DNA of 64,000 bases. Origin: Mobula hypostoma (taxonomy: Eukaryota). Below are positions 49,004-61,544 of this stretch, piece after piece. The translations under genes were made by a program, and so were the position numbers. Below the pieces are notes generated by a model that saw only the letters and a program-made list of their open reading frames with translations, had not been told where the DNA came from and made no database searches. Each line of letters starts with the position of its first letter. Positions within the stretch are counted from its first letter, which is position 1. The stretch is taken from the NCBI RefSeq assembly GCF_963921235.1, contig NC_086097.1, positions 152,088,001-152,152,000 of the forward strand. The letters run 5' to 3'.

Positions 49004-51817
49004 TGTAATATTTGAGTTGTTGATTAAGCATTCTTGTTCATTTAAATAATTCACTACAAGTTGTATGTAAAAATATATGAATTGCATACATCATGACGCT
49101 ACTGCATGATATGCACACTCCTCGCTTAAAGTAAACACAAAGATAGACTCGCATGTCAGACGCCTGTGTCTTCCTTTGAATTAGTTTAATATTTTGAAAT
49201 TACAAAACAGCAGTGGTGCTGAGGTATTTTTAAAATGAACCCAAGACTGCTACCAACCTGTTGAAACATAGCAAGAATTTTGAGTTAAGATAAAGTGCAG
49301 CAAGGACTGGTGAGTAAAGAAAAAGTGCAATACATGCTGAGACAGGTGAATTAAAAAATGTCAGAAAATCGAAGAACTTGGGATTCATAAAGACTGATTA
49401 CTGGGTGATACTAATCATTAAAAAAAAGCAGAAATGGCTGGCTACATCTTAATGACCGTCAAGATCGATTCCACAAGAGGTAATTGGCTCATGTATACTA
49501 GGTAATTGAACAGTATTTTGAAGCAAATAAAATAACCAATGAGAAACAAATACTAATTTTTCTAAGTGCATTAGGTTTTTAAGGCATACAGATTGCTTCA
49601 AAATTTGTCTGCTCCAACCAAACCAGCAGAAATGAGCTTTGTTGCAATTGTGAAGGTAATGCAGGGACACTTAGAACAGAAGCCATTGTTGATTGCAAAA
49701 CATTTTAGGTTTCATAAATGGAATCAAAAGGAAGGGAAGTCTATTTCAGTGTATGTGGCTGAATTGAAGAGATAGTCTGAGCATTGTCAGTTCAGTGATG
49801 GGCTGAGAGATTATTTAACTTGTGGAATCTTACAAGCAAGCATTCAAAAATGGTTCCTAACTGAATCACAACTTGCATTTAAGAAAGCATTTGAAATTGC
49901 TGTTTCAATGGAAACCACAGACAAAGATGCAATTAAATTGCAGTCAGGAATGAAAGCGATCATGAACAAAATTGCAGTGTCTGAACAGAAAAAGCTCTGC
50001 CAAATAAATTGTGTTACTGTTGTGGCAGGGGTTCACATACACCAGAGCAATGCAGATTTAAACTTGAAATGTGTAGAAAATACAACAAAGTAGGACACAT
50101 ACAAAGAGTATGCTGGGCAGACAAAAATAAATGGACTTTACAGGGAAGAGAAAGAAATATACAAAAAAATCAAGTTGCAGTCTGAAAAAGAACAGTAATC
50201 TGCATGCAGTTGGTGAAAAATCTGAGAATGATGAGAGGGCCACAGGAGTGGGTAGCCTTGAGATTTACAGTGTGAAAACTAGCAATAGACAACCAATATG
50301 GCTTATACCAGAAGTAGATGGCAAATTAATTAAAATGGAATTGGACACTTTCAGTTGTTTCAGTCATTCCACAATATCAGCTTGAACGGCATTTCAAGAT
50401 ACTGAACCTGCAGATTTCCAATTAAGAACTTGCACTGGAGAAAAGATAACTCCTATGGGAATGACATTTGTAAAAGTGAAATACAATAACCAACAAGCCA
50501 TACTGAGCTTGTATGGTAAAAACAGAAGGGCCAGCATTCAGGAAGTGTGATTAGCTAAGAAAACTACAATTTGATTGAAGCTCCATCCACCCTTTGCATG
50601 CCACATCCCTAGCGATAAAGCCAACTGAAAATAAAATAAGAAAGGCACTGGACCATGCCAAATCTGGCTCTGTGCTGTACACCATGAACCATTGTCCAAC
50701 AAAGGGAAAATTAGTGTTGGTGCCAACCTCTGCCCCTCTAGTTGGAAAGCATATTGGACCAAGGAAGAAACATACTGCTCAAAGGAGTCATGACAGTGGC
50801 AAAAGCAGTGTTCCAACTGCAACCATTTTATGGAAACGTATCTGAGAAAGCTTTGGATATGTTAATCGGGCAATTACTTTCAAAATATGGCTTGACTCTA
50901 AGCTGGAAGAGAGTTCACGGATCTTCTGGAAAGTTGCACGCATTTGGCTTTTGAGAGTATAAAGAACTAGAATCTACTCCACATGCATTAAGGTTTATTG
51001 CATGAACTTCAACTGGGAGACAAAAAGCTGCTTGTTAAAGTAGATGCAACAACCGAGGCCCAGCTGGATGAACGCAAGGCCAAAAAGAAAGAAGTCAATG
51101 GAGATACAAAAACAGATGATTCATCAGATGATGTTGTGGATGTGGAAACCAAGAGGAGAGTTCGTATCTTAAAGGGAGCAATGAATAATAGAATACGCCA
51201 GTGAACTAAATACACCTTCCCAAGATCAAGATGCACAAACTGGAAGCAAAAGGAAGAAGAAAAAATATGTCCAGAGACGTCTGAACCACTTCTTGCATAC
51301 TCAGAATCAACTCCTACAACCACCACAGAAGAGGTCCCAGAACCTGAGATTGTTTTCATAGGTACAAGTCTCAGATGCCAAGCAGAGTGATTCTCCATTG
51401 TTAAAGGCATTATCCCACAAGGGTAAGAAACCCTCCACAGCAATTAAATCTTTAGGCCTGAATGGGATAATTTAAAATTTACTGTACTGTGGAGGTCTAT
51501 ATATAGAAGATGCATCATATAATATGCTATGTATATAGATGAGAAGTATTCTCTATTGTGTTGGTTTATATCTAAGCAGGGAGGATTGTTGTGCATTTAA
51601 TATTTCAGTAATATTTGAGCAATCTTGTAAATATGTTGATTAAGTATTCTTCATTTAAATAATTTACTACAGATTATGTCAAAATCCACGATTTGCATAT
51701 GTGATGATGCTACCATATGATACATGCGTGCCTCACTTAAAGTAAACACGAAGTTAGACTCACATTTTGGATTTGTATGTCTTCCTTTGAATTAATTTAG
51801 TATTTTGAAATTACAAC
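49004..51817 (+). mobile_element. Non-autonomous Gypsy-like LTR retrotransposon (gag/protease remnants, pol deleted) carrying a host gene fragment
   Basis: Two homologous LTRs (49004-49212, missing its first ~20 nt; 51587-51817); PBS-like tggtgctgagg at 49214; PPT aagcagggagga before 51587; gag remnant (FRFHKWNQKEGKSISVYVAELKR); Cys/His knuckle remnant ~50010-50115; protease LIKMELDT. Confidence 0.88.
50714..51263 (+). pseudogene. RBM25: Processed fragment of RNA-binding motif protein 25 (N-terminal RRM region) inside the LTR element
   Basis: Joined frames read VLVPT..LVGKHIGPRK / GNVSEKALDMLIGQLLSKYGLTLSWKRVHGSSGKLHAFGF*EYKELEST.HALR / LHELQLGDKKLLVKVDATTEAQLDERKAKKK...DVETKRR..ILKGA / EYASELNTPSQ, colinear with vertebrate RBM25 as I recall it (GNISEKASDMLIRQLLAKCGLVLSWKRVQGASGKLQAFGFCEYKEPESTLRALRLLHDLQIGEKKLLVKVDAKTKAQLDEWKAKKK); one stop and at least three frameshifts. 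Confidence 0.93.
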
Positions 51818-54800
51818 CTCCTATTGCCAGGCTGAAGAGATTTGAACAGCTGTGAAGGATTTTCTCTTTTCTCTCAGAGACAAATTGTTTTGGTCAGCTC
51901 ACATGCAAGAACTTATGTGGGAATTCTTAGCTTTAGATCTAGTCAGTTTAGGGCAAAAAGTCAATATTTGCAGAGTGGAAAATGGAAGTCTATATCTGGC
52001 TGAGTAAGTTATCCAGCAGAAGGTAGAATACTGTGCCTGTTCAGTATACTGTATGTGCGTCACCAGGCCATCCACCCACATAATTGATTCAACTCATTTT
52101 ATGACCATAACTTATTCTATTCTTGCTCATGTACTCAACTATCGTCACCTAAAATTTGTTGAAAATACTGTGGAGAGGATTACTACCCCATAATGCATTT
52201 TTAAAATATTATGCTAGAAAATCTGTCATCTGTCTGAAAATGTGTCCATCATCATTCAGTGCTTTATAATAGCAAGGCCACTACATACTATGATATAATC
52301 TGTCATTATGCTGAATATAGGCTGACGTAAATAATTGTAATGATGTTTTTAAGAAACAGGAAGGAGCTAAAGCTTTTCGATGTTCACAATGTGACCCAAT
52401 GTTTTCAGATAAAAGCCATCTCCATATTTTTCCATTGTGTTTATTACTGATTGCTGGTTATTTGATTGCTTCTGGTTTTCTTTCAATTCAATTACCTCAA
52501 TTATTAGCATCGTTTTCTGGTCATTGGCCATATAACAATGTGGGATAAGTATTGCTTCAAAGTCCTAATTTCTAATGAAGTTAATCAGATATATTTAGAT
52601 CTCATATTGTAATCTTTCTTTTATTTGCTTATGTTTATTTTTCTATTAAATATTTATATTAAGAGAAAATGCCATTCTAATTTTCTGTTCTTGAGTTTTT
52701 GAAGATTATTCAAATACACATGAATCACTCCTAAACCTACAACTCGCCATCACCTTTCAACCAAAAATACATCCGGGTCATGGTCAGGAGTAGAAACTCA
52801 CTGAATCACAGCAGCTTTCAAATAATAATGCTCAGGCTAATCTTATTTTTCAGCACTTGCATCGTAGTCTTGTAGGTTATGATAATTTAGTTAAAATCCA
52901 CATTTTTTTGAATGAGATGAAGGCTACATTTTTACTACTTCGCATTGTCTATTCTCCTTACTGATAACTAGTATACTGTATTAATACAGAGTAGAATGGA
53001 AGTCAAGACCACTCCACTTTACTTCAGGTATGCATCTGATAACTAAGTATTTAGTGATACATATGCTGGACTTCAACAGTTTGGATCCTACCTTTGATTC
53101 CTCGAGCATTATTAGAGACTTAATAACTTTTGTCTGGTTTCTAAAGATAGAATCATGCAACAGTCATACATTCAGGAAACTGAAAAATGATGACCCAACA
53201 TATATGGAAGTTTGTAAAAGATGCTAAAAATATATAGAGCTATAATGGGTGTCAAATTAAAACTTTCAAATTTGTTTTTAAAAGTATAGTTGATTATTGA
53301 TATTAATAATTTGATAGATAGATAATATTGATATTAATTATTGATATTAATTAGTATATTGATTATTAAACCATTCCAACCAATTCAAACATATTTCAAT
53401 TCTAACCTAAGCCAAATCCAAAAAGCATTTTAACACTTTGCTGTGCAACTACTTGGGGGAAAAAAACTAAAAGTCACTGAGAGACTAAATGAGGGAGTAT
53501 CTGTATGACATGCTTCCAACTAAATGAATTCCAAGTCAAAAAAGTACATTTAATCCTTTATTACAAACCAACTATAAAATCATTAATCTCTTCTATAATT
53601 CATGTAAATGAAAAACAAGCAAAATATATGCAATTGGATCAAATCCAAACAAGGATGAGCAGTCAAGAAAACATATGCACTCCCGACTCACCCCCTCTCT
53701 ATGCCGCCATGCAGATGTATTGGTGATTATAATCATTTACTTCTACCACCACACAAAGCTGCATGACAAGCCCACATGTCAAATTACCTTAACCCAGAGT
53801 GAGGATGTTCAACACAAACAATACAGACAATAAATAGATACATGGCTCTTACTGTGCATATCTCTCTTAAAGCAATACCAACTCATGCTGAAATACGCAA
53901 GAGCACCAGGTGCACAGGCAGGCTTTTATTTTAGGATTTATTTTAGGATCTGAAATTAACTGTGGACATGAAAAAAGGTAGCATTCATAGTTTTTCTGAG
54001 CAGCGTTCTTATTGCTTTCCATAAACTAGAAGTTATAATCTACTTTACCCAGTTTAAATAAATAGTTTAAATCTTCAACCTAATGACTTGTAAAATACAC
54101 GATTTCCTTTCATAAAATCAGGTATTTCCATCACTGATAAATTACCATTGTTTGATCATATTTGTCATTGAGTGCATCCAATTAATCTTGACCAAGAAAA
54201 TTTCAATGAATAGGATGCTCAATTACATTTACTTTGTGCAAGGATTAATTTTACTCTTTCGCACTTGTATAGTTGTAAGACTGTGGCCTGTTTGAGAACT
54301 TAGACAGATTTATAATCCTGTGCTTTAAAGGATGTTTGTGGTTGCATGGTCTGAAAACAAAAGATTGCTGTAGGAGAGGGAAATGTTTCCCTGTTCAGTA
54401 TAAGATTTGGTTCTGTTGGTTCTGTGCCAAAAGAATTGATTTCTTTTCAAGCTCTAAAGCATGAACAACTCTTGCATGGCCAAGCCAACCCATTATTACG
54501 ATAACAATTGTTGCAGACAGTGTTGAAAAAGACACAACAATCAAATAGGCTTATGAATATAGCCAACAAGGTTGTTTTTCATTATTAGGCTTTGCAGGTG
54601 GTGAAGAAATCACCTATAATGTGTCTCCTTTGATTTAAAGAAGATTAAAATGCAGTGAACTGCTATTGGCAATTTCAAATAAGTGTTAGAAGATACAAAT
54701 TTCTCTTCTTTGAATTTCGCATTTGTTGATAAACTGATAATTATGGAGAGAAGACAAACGAAACTGCTTGCTCATGGCAATAATACATGAAATCAACCAT

Positions 54801-55044
54801 TATAGTTCATGTTGCAGTTCGTGGCATTCAATATTCGAGGTCACAGCAGCTGTCAGAAGTATGGATCAATCAGTCAAACCAAGTGCTGCAGCAAAGTACC
54901 TGTGATACTGCACTATTAATTCAAAGTCTGCATTATTAATCCAAATAATAAAAATCCAGATCTTCATTTATCAGTTTGAATTTAGTTTAAGGAAAAGGTT
55001 GGCATCAATAAAATTGATCTGGAAGTTATCATGTGGTTGCAAAA

Positions 55045-56100
55045 AGCTCAAAGTAAATGCATTATTGAAGAACGTATACGTCAGTATATACTACCTTGAG
55101 ATTCATTTTCCTCTAGGCACTTACAGTAGAAAACAGAAAAACCAAAGGACTCTATAAAATAATGCATATAATTTCCTCAGCCACTGCTCCCTGTAAGGAG
55201 TTTGTATGTTCTCCCTGTGACTGTGTGGGTTTCCTCTGGGTGCTCCAGTATCTTCCCACAGTCCAAATATGTATTGGTTGGTAGTTTGGACTTTGTAAAA
55301 CGTTTCATGATTAGGCTAGGATTAAATTAGAGGAATGCTGGTCAGTGTGGCTCGCAAGGCTGGAAGGGCCTACCTGCATTATATCTCAATAGGTAAGTAA
55401 ACAATAACTGACAAACAACCAAAAGAAGACAAAATGTGCAAATTAAATAAATAATATAGAAAAGTTCTGAAAATGAGTCCATAGGTTGTTGAATCAGTTC
55501 AGAGTTAAGGTGAGTGAAGTTATTCACACTTATATCTCAGTACTTTTATATTTGTGTGTTGTAGCACTTACTTTTTATTTGCAGTTATTTTGTAAATAAC
55601 ACTATTCTTTGAATTTCTGGTCAGGTGCTAACTGCATTTCATTGGCTTTGTATCTGTGCTCGGCACAATGACAATAAAGTTGAATCTGATCTAATCTAAT
55701 CTTACTCAGGAACTGATGGTTGTACAGCAATAACTGTTCCTGAACCTGGTGATGTGGGACCTAGGGCTTCTGCACCTCTTGTACAATAGAAGCAGCAAGA
55801 AGAGAGCATGACCTGGATCGTGGGAGTCCTTGACGATAGATGCTGATTTTTTATGGTAGTGCTCCTTGTAGATGTGCTCAGTGGTGAGGAGGACTCTACC
55901 TGTAATGGACTGGACTATGTCCATCACTTTTTGTAGGTTGTCCCATTCATGGCCATTGGCATTTCCATACCAGGCCATAATGCAACCAGTCAGCATACAC
56001 TCTACTGTGCATATATAGAAGTTTGTTAAAGTTTTAGATGACATACTAAATCTACACAAACATCTAAGACAGTAGAGGCATTATTATGCCTTCTTTGTAA
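55045..56100 (-). mobile_element. Rex1/Babar 3' part with nested V-SINE (55180-55390, +) and a Rex-type tail fragment (55530-55702, +)
   Basis: ORF 55706-56059 (CIMAWYGN...TRFRNSY); V-domain at ~55190-55270; second tail ends gacaataaagttgaatctgatctaatctaatct. Confidence 0.8.
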
Positions 56101-56624
56101 TTCAATAATGAAATCTTATCATTTACCTTGTCTAAAAACAATATATTTGACTAAACTGAACTTTGAAGGGGCCAGCAAGTTATACAAGTCTTGTTAACAA
56201 TATTAACATTCCTGATATTTATTTTAAGAAAAACATAAGCTTAAAAAATATCATTAAAACACCTTTTAAAGTTAGGCAGAGTAGATACTTTATGTTGTGA
56301 CAATTTTTTCTGATTCATAGGAAATGCAGTGAATATAGAGTATGTGGGCTTTTAGCAAATATTAGTGTGAGCTTTATTACAAGATGCATTGTATATGGTA
56401 AAAGAGGAAATATACCAAAATGATTAAAGGTCAGTTGACAGATTGATAGTTAATATTTAAAGGGTTATGTTTCATTGGTCAATGCTGACGCCGCAGTTTG
56501 CTAAGGCATTACCTGTACTATGGGTTCAGTGAATAAAAACTGAAATCCCACTACAGTGACCTGAGAATATGAATTTAGTTTAAGGAAAAGTAGGAATATA
56601 AAAGAAAATCATTGACATCAACAG

Positions 56625-56865
56625 GGCAGGGCAGCACAGTAGTGTAGTAGATATTGTAATGACATTACAATGCCGGTGACCCAGGCTCAATTCCCTCTAC
56701 TGTCTGTGCCTGTTTTCTCTCAGACTGGATGAGTTTCCTCCATGTGTTCTGGTTTTCTCCCACATTGCAAAGTAATATGATGGGTTAATAGATTAACCGG
56801 TCACAGGAGGTATAAATAGGTGGTGTGGACTCATTGTTACTGTGCTGTATCTCTAAATAAATAAT
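56625..56865 (+). mobile_element. V-SINE
   Basis: ggcagcacagtagtgtagt head; ggctcaattcc B-box; gtttcctccatgtgttctggttttctcccaca. Confidence 0.7.
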
Positions 56866-57527
56866 AAATTTATAAGTGACTGGATATTAATTCAGCAAAT
56901 TTGATGTGATAGTGAGTAGGTTGTTAAATACTTTACTGTATATAGATGAATAAATTGAGAAGACAAATAATAAGTGTAGAGATATGAGGTAAAATATTTT
57001 GAGATGGAAAGCAAGGAACTTAAATTAATGGAAATGAAAAAAAAGTTGTAAGCATTGGGAAAAGAACTGTGGTAGTGGATAACTGTCATAGACAAGTCAT
57101 AGCTGATCCGACAGAAGAGTTTGTAAAGATTAGGACATGTTTCAGAAGTCATCATCTTTGAAATAGTGCATTGTTATGTGAGTATCTACTGTAAGGAACA
57201 TAACCTTGTAGAAGCATAGTACGTCCTGCTTGAAAGTGTCTCTTTTTATGGGGAGAATGAGTAGGGGTGGAGATAGATGGGAATGGCAGTGTCAGTAACT
57301 TGTCAGTAATTTCCACTTTACATGATCAGCAGTAATAAAAATTTGTTAAAGTTAAAAAAAAATCAGTGGAAATTGCATCACATTCTTCTAATACAAGTTG
57401 TCAATAACAACAGATCCTTCAGGAATAATAAATTCGTTAATATCACAAGAGAATATCCTTTCACTGTTCTAATATAAAACCATCCTAAAATCACATTTCC
57501 CAACCCCTCCAGAATTCCTTCTGTGCA

Positions 57528-57710
57528 TGACAGTACAGCAGTTAGTGCTGCCACCACCAGCTCCAGTGGTCCAGGGGTCAATCTGCTTTGGGGTTGCTTT
57601 CTGTAGGGGATTTATACATACTTCATGTGAGTTTCCTCACATTCCAGGTTCTTCTCACATCTTAAAACATATGCTGGTTATTACATAAACTGTAAGTTAC
57701 CCCTAGTTAG
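57528..57710 (+). mobile_element. Old V-SINE
   Basis: gtacagcagttagtgctgcc...cagctccagtggtccaggggtcaatc head and degenerate V-domain. Confidence 0.55.
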
Positions 57711-59464
57711 GTTGGTGGTGGGGGTGGAAGGGTGGCGATTGAGGTGGGAGGCGGGGGGATGATGTTCAGGTTGTAAGACAATAGGATTGACAGGAAAATT
57801 ATGAAACTCAGATAGACCTGATAGCCAAATGAACTTGTCCAATGTTGCAAGAAAATATAAAATATGACAAAAAATGTTGAAGAATCAATGGAATAGGATC
57901 CTGTAGCAGAATCTGTCCTTCAGTTTCTATTACAATTCTAGTTGCTGAAATCACAGGTGGCTGTCCAAGCCTGAGATAAACACTACAGTTTCCTCACAAT
58001 TCAACCCGTTATTTTCTGGAATGAAGAGCTTCAGTAAAGTGTCTTCGTGGATACATTGACTCTATAGTTACACCTAGGTAAAGTAGTCATTTTGCTCTGA
58101 AATAAAGGCAGATCAGACAAATGCATATTCTAAAAGCAGTGCGCTAAAATAAAGTCAGGAGATTCCCTTGCTCTATTGTAGACAATTCGACAAATTACCT
58201 GCTTATTTAGACAAATAAAAACTAGTGCGGAGAGCAAGCCATCTCCATTGGGAGACATTTTGAAAGCTGCAATCTGAAAAGAGTACAAATAAGCCAAGGT
58301 TTTAGGCATATCCAATCAGGAGCAAGCACTATGGTAAATAGATAAACTAAAACCAGAATGTAATTTATACCCTTAGCAACACTGGATGTTCATTTTGCAC
58401 AAATGTTTATGAAAATTGTTGATCTGGAAACTTCAGTCAATGTTTCAAATAGAGACTCCCTTTTAAGCGAGGTATCTCTCAGTTTATGGTTGTGTGCACA
58501 CATCGATATAAACTATTCTCTGCAATCTCTTGGCTTATCTCTTCACAACCTGTAGCCTGGTATCAGTAATTTGCCTTGTATATTTATTGGCACACATGTG
58601 GGAGAGGGATGGAGGCTGTTGTGAGGAGTCACCTCAGTTCAAGTCATTGGCAACTGAAGTTATGAAAACTGTGTGCAGGGAACAAGGAGGTGATTTGGAA
58701 TGGGAAGAACAATAATGTCAGCAAAATTAGAATGTTAGCAACCTGCTGAATGACAGATGACAACTCTGCATTGGCTGCTAGCCAAGTGATCCATTTGAGG
58801 TTTGTGAGGTTTCATTGATTAAATTATTGTATCTGACCAATCCGCACAGTAGAATAATGAACAGAGGTTTCAGGAAGCCAATGCAAACAATAACTAAATT
58901 CTCATTCTCTTGTGACATTTGTTAATTCATTGCTCCTGATTGTTATTGATATATCAACTGTTAGTGTTATTTTTAATGGATAAGGGCAAGAAATATGTGG
59001 TGTAATTTCTGCCAACACTCTGACACTGTTATCAATCCCTTGTTGCTGCTGAATAGCATAATGTGAAAATCAATATGGGTTATAAATTGTGCATAGCTAA
59101 GTGTTTACTGTCCTTTCTGTAGCGAGAACCCCAGAGTGATTAGGACTGATTGTGTGGTGAATATGAAGCATTTAGTATTCACAGATAAGAGGGAGGTGAT
59201 TTGCAAATATGGTTGGCCAATGTTCCAGCAGAATTTCCTCAATAATGATAACTAATCAACTTCCTGACAATGCAGAGTAGGTGGGAAATTTCAGCTGATT
59301 GCCGTTACTGGAGACAAATGTCTTGCGAAGCTCCACAACTCCCTATCCAGTAGGATTGTAGAAGTACATTTCCTTGGAAGCTTTCACCTAGAAAGTGTGT
59401 TTTGATTGCTGGAAGATGGAAGATGGATAAGGTGTAGGTGTTACATCCACATTTATTGCTTGGC

Positions 59465-60420
59465 AAGAGATCATGATCCTGAGATTCTGTTTCTTGTGGG
59501 CATTCACTGTGAATATTAAAAAAAGCAATAGAATAAATGAAGGACTGCACACAAGACAGACAACCATTGTGAAAAAGACAACAGACTGTGCAAATACAAA
59601 AAGGAAAAAAACAACAATAATAATAAATAATAGACCACGATCAGAAAACAAAGCAATGTTCAAAAATTCAAAGTTCAAAGTAAATTTATTATCAAAGTAC
59701 ATATCTGACACCACATGCAACCCTACAATTCAATCTCTTGCAGACATACTTAAGTCCATAAAATAATAATCATAACAGAATCAATGGAAGAACACACCAA
59801 CTTGGGTGTTCAACCAGTGCACAAAAGGCTGCGCAGATACAATAAATAAATAAATAAGGAATAAATATTGAGAATATGAGATGAACAGTCTTTGAAAGTG
59901 AGTCCTGGGTGGTGGGTATCCTGGTATATGCATCTTCACTGTCCAGATGTTCCAGGGTTGAGTGAAGAGCCAATAAAATGGCATCTGTTTTTGACCTGTT
60001 GTTGACAGTAATCAAATTGGAGTGGACTCAAGTCGCTCCTCAGACTGGAGTTGATGTACTTCATCACCAACCTCTCAAAGGACTTCATCACAGTGAATGT
60101 AAGTGCTACCGGATTATAATCATTGAGGCAGGTTACCATGTTCTCCTGGGGCAGTGGTATAATTGAAGCCTGCTTGAATCTGGTGGATACCACAAACTGC
60201 TGAAGCGAGAGGTTAAAGATATCATGAACACTACAGCCAGTTGATCAGCACAGGTTTTCGGTTCTCTGTCAAGTACCCCATCTGGGCCAGATGCTTTCTG
60301 TAGGTTCACCCTACCAAAGTATGTTCTCACGTTGGCCCCAGAGACTGAAATCACAGGGTTGTCAGAGGCTATGAGAGTTCATAAAGGTGCCTCCATGCTT
60401 GTCAGTCAAAGGAAGGATAA
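59465..60420 (-). mobile_element. Rex1/Babar remnants: two 3' UTR pieces plus an internally deleted RT 5' part
   Basis: ORFs 60133-60354 (KASGPDGV...CADQLA), 59936-60193 (CLNDYNPVALT.TVMKSFERLV), 59770-60015 (DAILLALH). Confidence 0.8.
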
Positions 60421-61048
60421 AAGGCATTAAGCTCATTTGGGAGTGAAACCTTGTTACTTCATATGTCTTTTGGCTTTACTTTCTAGGTAAGAGAATTCAA
60501 GCCCTGTTACAGCTGCTGAGCATCCTGCACATGTGTAGTGACTTTCTGGAGATCATACTAGAACCTCTTGTATCTTACTTGGTCGCCAGACCTGAACACC
60601 ACTGATCTGGCCCTCAGCAGACTGCGGATCTCTTAGCTCATCCTGGGCTTCTGCTGGGGGAAGATTCTAAATGATTTGGTGGGGACCTACTTTATAATGT
60701 CTGTGACACCGTGGTGTATCTGTGCCGAATATTTCTGGAGATGAAAGAATGAAGGAATAGTGAACAATGTGAAAGGAAGAGATAGTGTAAATCTCCAATA
60801 AATGTGATGAAACTTCTGAGTTTTGTCACAGAACAAGAAGAAATACCAATAATGTCATCATTGTAAAAGAAAAAATATGTTTTAAATTTGACAAGAATAG
60901 GAGGCAGCAAATGGTTCTACAGAAGTTGGAGAAACTGAGGAGTAAAATGTACTCAACAGGAATTCTGCAGATGCTGGAAATTCAAGCAACATACATCAAA
61001 GTTGCTGGTGAACGCAGCAGGCCAGGCAGCATCTGTAGGAAGAGGTGC

Positions 61049-61084
61049 AGTCGACGTTTCAGGCCGAGACCCTTCGTCAGGACT
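61049..61084 (-). ncRNA. Minimal type I hammerhead ribozyme motif (Penelope-associated)
   Basis: Minus strand: agtc-CTGACGA-agggtctcggcct-GAAA-cg-TC-gact. Confidence 0.8.
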
Positions 61085-61405
61085 AACTGAAGGAAGAGTG
61101 AGTAAGGGATTTGAAAGTTGGAGGGGGAGGGGGAGATCCAAAATGGTAGGAGAAGACAGGAGGGGGAGGGATGGAGCCAAGAGCTGGACAGGTGATTGGC
61201 AAAATGGGGATACGAGAGGATCATGGGACAGGAGGTCCGGGAAGAAAGACAAGGAGGAGGGGGTGGGTGATCCTCTCGTATCCCCTTTTACCTATCACTT
61301 GTCTAGCTCTTGGCTCTATCCCTCCCCCTCCTGTCTTCTCCTATCATTTTGGATCTCCCCCTCCCCCTCCAACTTTCAAATCCCTTACTCACTCTTCCTT
61401 CAGTT

Positions 61406-61441
61406 AGTCCTGACGAAGGGTCTCGGCCTGAAACGTCGACT
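61406..61441 (+). ncRNA. Minimal type I hammerhead ribozyme motif (Penelope-associated)
   Basis: Stem I agtc(61406-09)/gact(61438-41); core CTGACGA 61410-16; stem II agg/cct; GAAA 61430-33; palindromic ACGT in place of stem III; predicted cut after C61437. Confidence 0.8.
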
Positions 61442-61544
61442 GCACCTCTTCCTACAGATGCTGCCTGACCTGCTGCGTTCACCAGCAACTTTGATGTGTG
61501 TTGTAATAAAATGTACTATTTTTTTGGGATTTATGGGCCACAAA

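Larger units (their letters stand above)
60954..61506. mobile_element. Penelope-like element insertion with inverted pLTR arms
   Basis: Arms 60987-61223 and 61268-61503 are reverse complements (9 differences by eye); 44-bp spacer; 33-nt extension on one arm only; 11-bp TSD TAAAATGTACT at 60943-60953 and 61507-61517. Confidence 0.9.

Noticed and set aside
50594..51204. Functional RBM25 gene
   Set aside because: Internal fragment only, with a stop and frameshifts, embedded between LTRs.
53285..53370. attgatattaat-type repeats
   Set aside because: Low-complexity AT-rich slippage; not a CRISPR array or structured repeat.
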